Shown in pieces: positions 57,447 to 64,000 of a stretch of DNA of 64,000 nt (its first letter is position 1; the number at the start of each line of letters is the position of its first letter). The stretch spans positions 126,604,001 to 126,668,000 of the forward strand of contig OZ024743.1 in NCBI GenBank assembly GCA_964016885.1. The letters are read 5' to 3'. The translations under genes and the position numbers were made by a program. This stretch comes from Eledone cirrhosa (Eukaryota). Under the pieces are notes generated by a model. It had not been told where the DNA came from and searched no databases. It saw nothing but the letters and a program-made list of their open reading frames with translations.

Positions 57447-59505
57447 TAGCAGAACCTCGTAGTACGAGTGTCCCATTGTTCGAGCTGAGGTTCGTGCGAA
57501 ATTTTGTTTTGAAGTGCGAGTGGAAATCCGCAGTACGAGCGAGTTTCAATCAATTATTAAAACCAGTTAACATATTTCTTTTGCATTCTCTTTTATTATG
57601 TTTTTATAATTTTCATTTTCCTTGTAACTGCACTTTTTCTGTTTTAAAACCAATAAAAAATGATTTTTGGGTGGTTTGGAGGGTGGAGGACTGGAACGGA
57701 TTAAGCCGTGTAACAAAAAAAAATTTTTCTCTGTTCCTGGCTTGTAATCATTTTTTTGTGTTCCTTAGGTCCCAAATAAATAAAAAAGTGCTATTAAACA
57801 GTTACAAGTTTGGGTTTGTAAACATTTTAAGCTATTCACTAGAATTATTTGTATGCTGGATTTTTCGATTTTGCTTATGTTAAATGATTTTTTTAAATAT
57901 ATGTTTCAGGTTAAATTAAAATTATAAAATAAAGAGTAATACCTAAAGAAAATTATAAAAGTGCAATAAAGTATAAAATTGTTAAAAAGTGGATTAAAAA
58001 GATTTATTGATACAGTATTTTCGCACCCTGAATAAAGAGTAAGTTGTGTTTTAAGCATTCGTCTCCAGGATGAAGCAGTGGACCTTGGTCAAGGAGGAAG
58101 TGCAGGTGACAAGTCAGAGAAGTCGACACGAACCTTTCTCAGGCTTTTACACTCTTAGGGATGGCCTCTGTTTCTGCCATGACGTGCCTGGACTGTTTGA
58201 CGTTATTGGGGTGCCGTTTGTGCCCAAGGAGTGGCGGCTATTTATAGACAGCTCCACCACAAGTTTGAAGGCTGTCCTCCTCCACAATGGAAACAAGTTC
58301 CCGGCACTGCCCCTAGCTCATTCAGTCTGCCTGAAGGAAGATTACTACAGTGTGAAAGTCCTCTTGGAAGCTCTGCAATACAGCCAGTACAATTTGGAGA
58401 CTTCAAGATGGTGGCTTTCCTGCTTAGACTCCAAGGAGGCTTTATCAAATTCCAATGCTTCCTCTGCCTTTGGGATAGCAGAGCCACCTCTGACCACTAC
58501 AAAAGAAAGAACTGGGAGCAGCAAACAGGGTTTGTAGTTGGGATCCGGAACGTCATGTGGGAGTCACTGGTTGATCCCAGGATTGTGCTCAAGCCGCCAC
58601 TGCACATTTAGTTGGGGTTGATGAAGCAGTTTGTGAAGGCTCTCAACCAAGAATCAGCCGCTTTTAAGTACCTTCTTGAGTTATCTGAGGCCAAAATCAA
58701 AGGTGGAATTTTTGTTGGACCTCAGATAAAGAGGGTGTTTGAGTCTACTGAGTTCTCCAATAAGTTCAATAGGATTGAGAGACCAGCATGGACTGTTTCA
58801 AGGCAGGTGTTAAGGGCTTCCTGGGCAACTACAGAGCTGAAAACTATCAGGATCTGATAAAGGCTTTTAGCGCCATGGGATGCAGGATGTCGCTTAAACT
58901 CCATATGCTGGACGCTCACCTGGAAAAATTCAAGGACAATATGGGCGCCTATTCAGAAGAATAAGGCGAACGATTCCACCAAGATGTGAAAGAGATAGAG
59001 CGGAGGTACCAGGGCCACTACAATGAAAAAATGATGGGGGACTATATCTGGGGGCTAGTGCGGGAATGCGACCTGGACTACAACCGCAAATCCAGGAAAT
59101 CCAGTCATTTCTGACGTGTATAAGTTGCTTTATAAGTGTTATTTATTTTTACTTGTTTGCTTTTGATAAGCTTGTGTAATAAAATAAATATATACTCTGT
59201 TGATTTAATTATATGAACTGATAAATTAAAAAAAAATGTGTTTTTTCTTGAAAAATATGAAAATTTCGAAATATCAAACTCCTGACCACAAACCCAAACT
59301 CCTGATTAAATATTAGTGTTTTTAAAAAATAATAATGGGATATAACAAACCAGGAAATGATACTTAGAACCGGGCAACAAAAAATATGTTACACGGTGTT
59401 ATTTATATTTTAATTTCAATGGGGAAAATTGATTTGTAAAACGTGTAATTCGTAAAACGAGCTTGGTCATGGAACGAATTAAACTCGTACTGCGAGGTAT
59501 CACTA
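57447..59505. mobile_element. Tigger/pogo-like MITE split by a nested transposon
   Basis: TA|TAGCAGAACCTCGTAGTACGAGT ... ACTCGTACTGCGAGGTATCACTA|TA; subterminal CTGGAACGGATTA...ATGGGGAAAATTG...GGAACGAATTAA. Confidence 0.7.
57704..59398 (+). mobile_element. Chapaev3-like (CMC) DNA transposon with decayed transposase (about 58060-59114)
   Basis: EWRLFIDSS..SLKAVLLHNGN, GDFKMVAFLL.LQGGF, CFLCLWDSRA, PPLHI*LGLMKQFVKAL, SEE*GERFHQD..ERRYQG; TIR CCGTGTAACA/TGTTACACGGTG; TTA TSD at 57701 and 59399. Family name is from my recollection of these motifs. Confidence 0.75.
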
Positions 59506-59879
59506 TACTCTCATTGGCAGTATCGGTAGAGCATTGGACAACATGCTTTGCGGTATAGAGTTACGTTTCTTTACGTTCTGAGTTCAAATTCCGCGAAAGT
59601 TAGCTTTGCTTTGCATCTTTACGAGGTCGATAAAATGAAGTATCAGTAACGCACTAGTGTCGATTTAACGGACTTTCTCGCTACACAAAACTGTTCGCCT
59701 TGTGCTTAAATCAGGCACCATTATTTAATTTTTGTAAAATTTTATTATTGCATTATATAATTCAAATTTGTGAAATAAAGTATTTTAGAATTACCTATTA
59801 CGTATGGGAAATAACTCTACTTAATCTTTTATATATGATATAGGGGAAATAACCCTGCTTAATCCTTTAGAGTAGAGAC

Positions 59880-60085
59880 TGGAAAATGTACCAGATCAGC
59901 CAACCAGCAGCCTATGGGAACTGGCTTTTAGGCCAAATTTCATCGTCGTAGAGATTGGAATCAGAGGGCATGTCTGCCTATGATTTCATGAAACAACGCT
60001 GGGAAAAAAAGGACCAAAGCTTTAAAGGCAATAGCAGATGCAATGGAGAAATGTTCCAGCTGATCTGGTCGAGTAGGAACAGTGG
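59880..60085 (+). mobile_element. Possible RLE-type non-LTR C-terminal fragment
   Basis: NFIVVEIGIRGHV and IWSSRN remnants. Confidence 0.3.
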
Positions 60086-60689
60086 GTGTCTGCTCGTGAG
60101 TGCATGGGTATCTAAAACCAATAGTGAAAGCATCGTATATACTCCCATTGTAGTATGTTGTATATATATATATATATATATATGCATATCTATGTCTGCC
60201 GAGCACACAAGAAGGAGGACATGTTTTTTTTCCTGCGGCATATCAGATAATCGGATTTTCATCCGAAGTCAACGTTCCCATGCCAGCAAATGCATACGTT
60301 ACATCATGGATTGCATAAGGGAACCGTTGAACGATTTATGTAATAGCATCTTTTTTAATGTTATTCTTATACTGAATCTCCATTATAATAACTACCCACT
60401 ACGAATGCTTACTCTTGTTTTTTACCAAAACAATTTTTACTGAACACACGCGCGCGCGCGTGTGTGTGTGAAGGCGGGTGGCTGAGTGGTTAGAGAATTG
60501 GATTCACAATCGTGAGGTTGTGATTTCGATTCCCAGGGAGATGCGTTATGTCCTTGAGCAACACACTTTATTTCACGTTGTTCCTTCTGCCTGGACTTGC
60601 AACCGACAGATAGCATTAGCAATTGGAAACATTGTTTCCTCGGTCCGATTTAACGAGCTCCACCTCACTCGTTAAGCGAATAAGGTCTG

Positions 60690-61477
<788 letters not shown>

Positions 61478-62949
61478 AAATATAAAACAATCAAATTTTT
61501 GCTTAATACATTTAATTGCTGACGATCATTTCTTCCAGGCAACTGTCTGGAATCATCGGAGCATACACAATGTTTAAACAAGTAATTACATTCCTAGTCC
61601 TAAGAACATTCATTAAGATACATTACTATTGACAATGTCAGTGACATCATATTGAAAAGCAAGAGTGACAAAATGATATTATATTAAACAGCTAGTAAAG
61701 TATTAGAAGCTGTTGTGAAGAGGTTATTACATAACGTGATAATAGTGAGCATATTATATAGAAAGTTATTCATAAAGGTAATACAGGTGCAACAAGATAT
61801 CAAGCAAATACATATTACAGTAAAAAGATATCATAGCACTGAAAAGTGTTATAATAAGGGTATACGAAGCAAAATATACAGAATATTAATAAAAGCATGC
61901 GTGAGGTAAAATAGAAAATGAATATATCAAGCTTATTAAATACAGAATGTTTAAAAAATGTTAAAAATGGCATGCATTATGGTAAAAATAGATACGTAAT
62001 GATGTGATTAATAAATGTTATTTAATGTGAACAATATAAGTAAAATAAGATAAGTTAATAGCATTCAAAAATGTTTATATTAGAGTTAATGTAGAAATGT
62101 TTATGTTGGGTGTAAAGCAAAGGTTTAATATTTGGGATGTATATATTTATAGTTGTATCGTATGTGATATAGGTATAGTTTAAATATATGTACGAAGTAA
62201 ACATTAATTCTACTGTTTTTGTTGCCATGTCAATATACGTATTAGAAAGATATTGTATAATTCATTCCTCTTTTTAGATTCTCTATTAAGGATTATTTCA
62301 CGTTCCTGTCTGTGTAACTTCTGATAAGAATTATTTCACGAAGTCTAAAGATAACAATGTTTAAAAATAAGAAAAAGATATTCATATATATATATGGGAG
62401 AAAAATAACAGCTGAATCTCAAATTATAAAGAAGAATTTAAAAAAGAATCCAGCGAATAAAACCCCTTTTTGAAGAAAGCAAAAATCGACACCACGAAAA
62501 CTCTCACTAACACCACCCACAAAAACGCAACTCCAATATTCAGATTATCTAAGAGAACGTCAATATAGACGAGACTTTGACAGACATTTTGAAGAAAGAA
62601 AAATCAGAAGATTTCCAAGACAACCTCCACCATTTCAACTCATAAATAGACCAACAAGGAGTAATAACAGACCACACACCCGGATGTACCTCAACAATCC
62701 CGGACAAAACAGAATAATCACAAGGAAAATACATATAAAGACAGAACAATAAACATAAATCCAAACTTCAGAGAGAATAGACCCAACACAGGGAACTACA
62801 GAAATAATTTCAGACTGAACCAAGACCAATACACAACACAAGTTTAAGGAACAGTATAAAGGATACAATAGGGAAATACATAACAATTACAAAAATTACT
62901 ACATACAAAATACTAATAGGAGGAATAATATAGAATATACCTCCCTAAT

Positions 62950-63915
62950 GACCGTTTTCTTAGAGATGAATCAGAAGTACAGGGACACGAGATGGCCCAA
63001 AGTCATGAAAAACCGAAGATAATCAGCCTTTCACAAAAATCACTAACACCCACGCAAACATATATCCTAAATAAAGGATTAACATTTACACCATCACCTC
63101 AAACACCAAATATAGCAGAAATTAAAGATGATATTTCGGATTTCTGTAAAAGACTCAGACTAGCGGAATATTTTTTTAAAGAAGATAGTGACAAATCAAT
63201 AGTAGAAAAAACAAAACAAAAACAAAAAAGAATACCAACTCCAAGGGGCTGAGATGCAGCCCTGGATGAATTCTGTGACCACATCTCAAACTTCCCAATT
63301 GAAAACCTGAAAACGCCACAAACAAAGTCAAACTTCAGTAGACAACAATGGAAACAACTAAATGAACTAAAACGGGATAAAGATATTATTATAAAAGAAG
63401 CTAGCAGAGGAGGAGGAGCAGTTGTCATAATGGGCACAGACATTATGCAGAACATGCTACGAGACATTACATACTATAAAGAAACCAAAGAATACAAACG
63501 GCATAAAGTGATGAAGTAACCCACATACATACCGAACCTGTCTAACAGACAAGGAATTTAGAGGTAAAACAAGCAATCTCTATGGACTATCTAAAGTGCA
63601 TAAACACAAACTAATTAATGAGGCATGCAAGATGATGAAAACAAACCGTGTAAATATACCCACACCAATCGTCTTAAAACTAAGACCCATCATAGCAGGC
63701 CCAATTTGTGAGACACGTTGCCTAAGTAATTCAACTTGACTTCTTATTTAAAACCGCTCATCCGGAGTTTCATACGAGATTACCTAAATTTTCTCAACCA
63801 TCTATCAAATATAGTAAGCCAAAATATTTATATAGTTTCATTTGATGTTGTGAACTTATATAGCAACTTCCCTCACGACTACGGAATCGAAGCTATCCAA
63901 TTCTGGCTAAACGCA
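62950..63915 (+). mobile_element. Penelope-like element RT pseudogene
   Basis: IISLSQKSLT...LNKGLTFTPSP...FCKRLRLAEYF, DIIIKEASRGGGAVVIM, LYGLSKVHK, LRPIIAG, SFIRD, VSFDVVNLYSNFPH. Confidence 0.88.
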
Positions 63916-64000
63916 TTCTCGCTACTTGCTTGAGCAGGTCGAAGTGATGCTTCTCTTTCGAGTCACCGGAGTCGAAATGGCTTAAAGAAAAAAGTTATCT

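Overview
AT-rich eukaryotic (metazoan) genomic DNA. The repeat families resemble those I associate with octopus/coleoid cephalopods, but that is an inference. The only intact protein-coding gene I can support is MCM2 (replicative helicase subunit) on the + strand. I reconstructed it by hand as 19 GT-AG coding exons from 2454 to 36398 (2652 nt, 883 aa plus stop, all exon phases consistent), with three E2F-type sites just upstream and a poly(A) signal about 90 nt after the stop. Its introns are filled with tRNA-derived SINEs, RTE and CR1/Jockey-type LINE remnants, piggyBac and Tc1/mariner MITEs and minisatellites. The 3' 27 kb has no recognisable host gene. It is a mosaic of duplicated segments with at least 7 decayed tRNA-Ser(GCT)/tRNA-Arg(ACG) copies, a recent 3 x 1043-bp tandem array, about 7 CRE-like retrotransposon 3' ends, two related LTRs, a Chapaev-type transposon nested in a Tigger-like MITE and a Penelope-like element. 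I found no clear new protein system. The best leads are a hairpin set conserved in two diverged CRE-like copies, the tRNA-array graveyard enriched in CRE ends, and an interleaved A-B-A'-B' inverted repeat.
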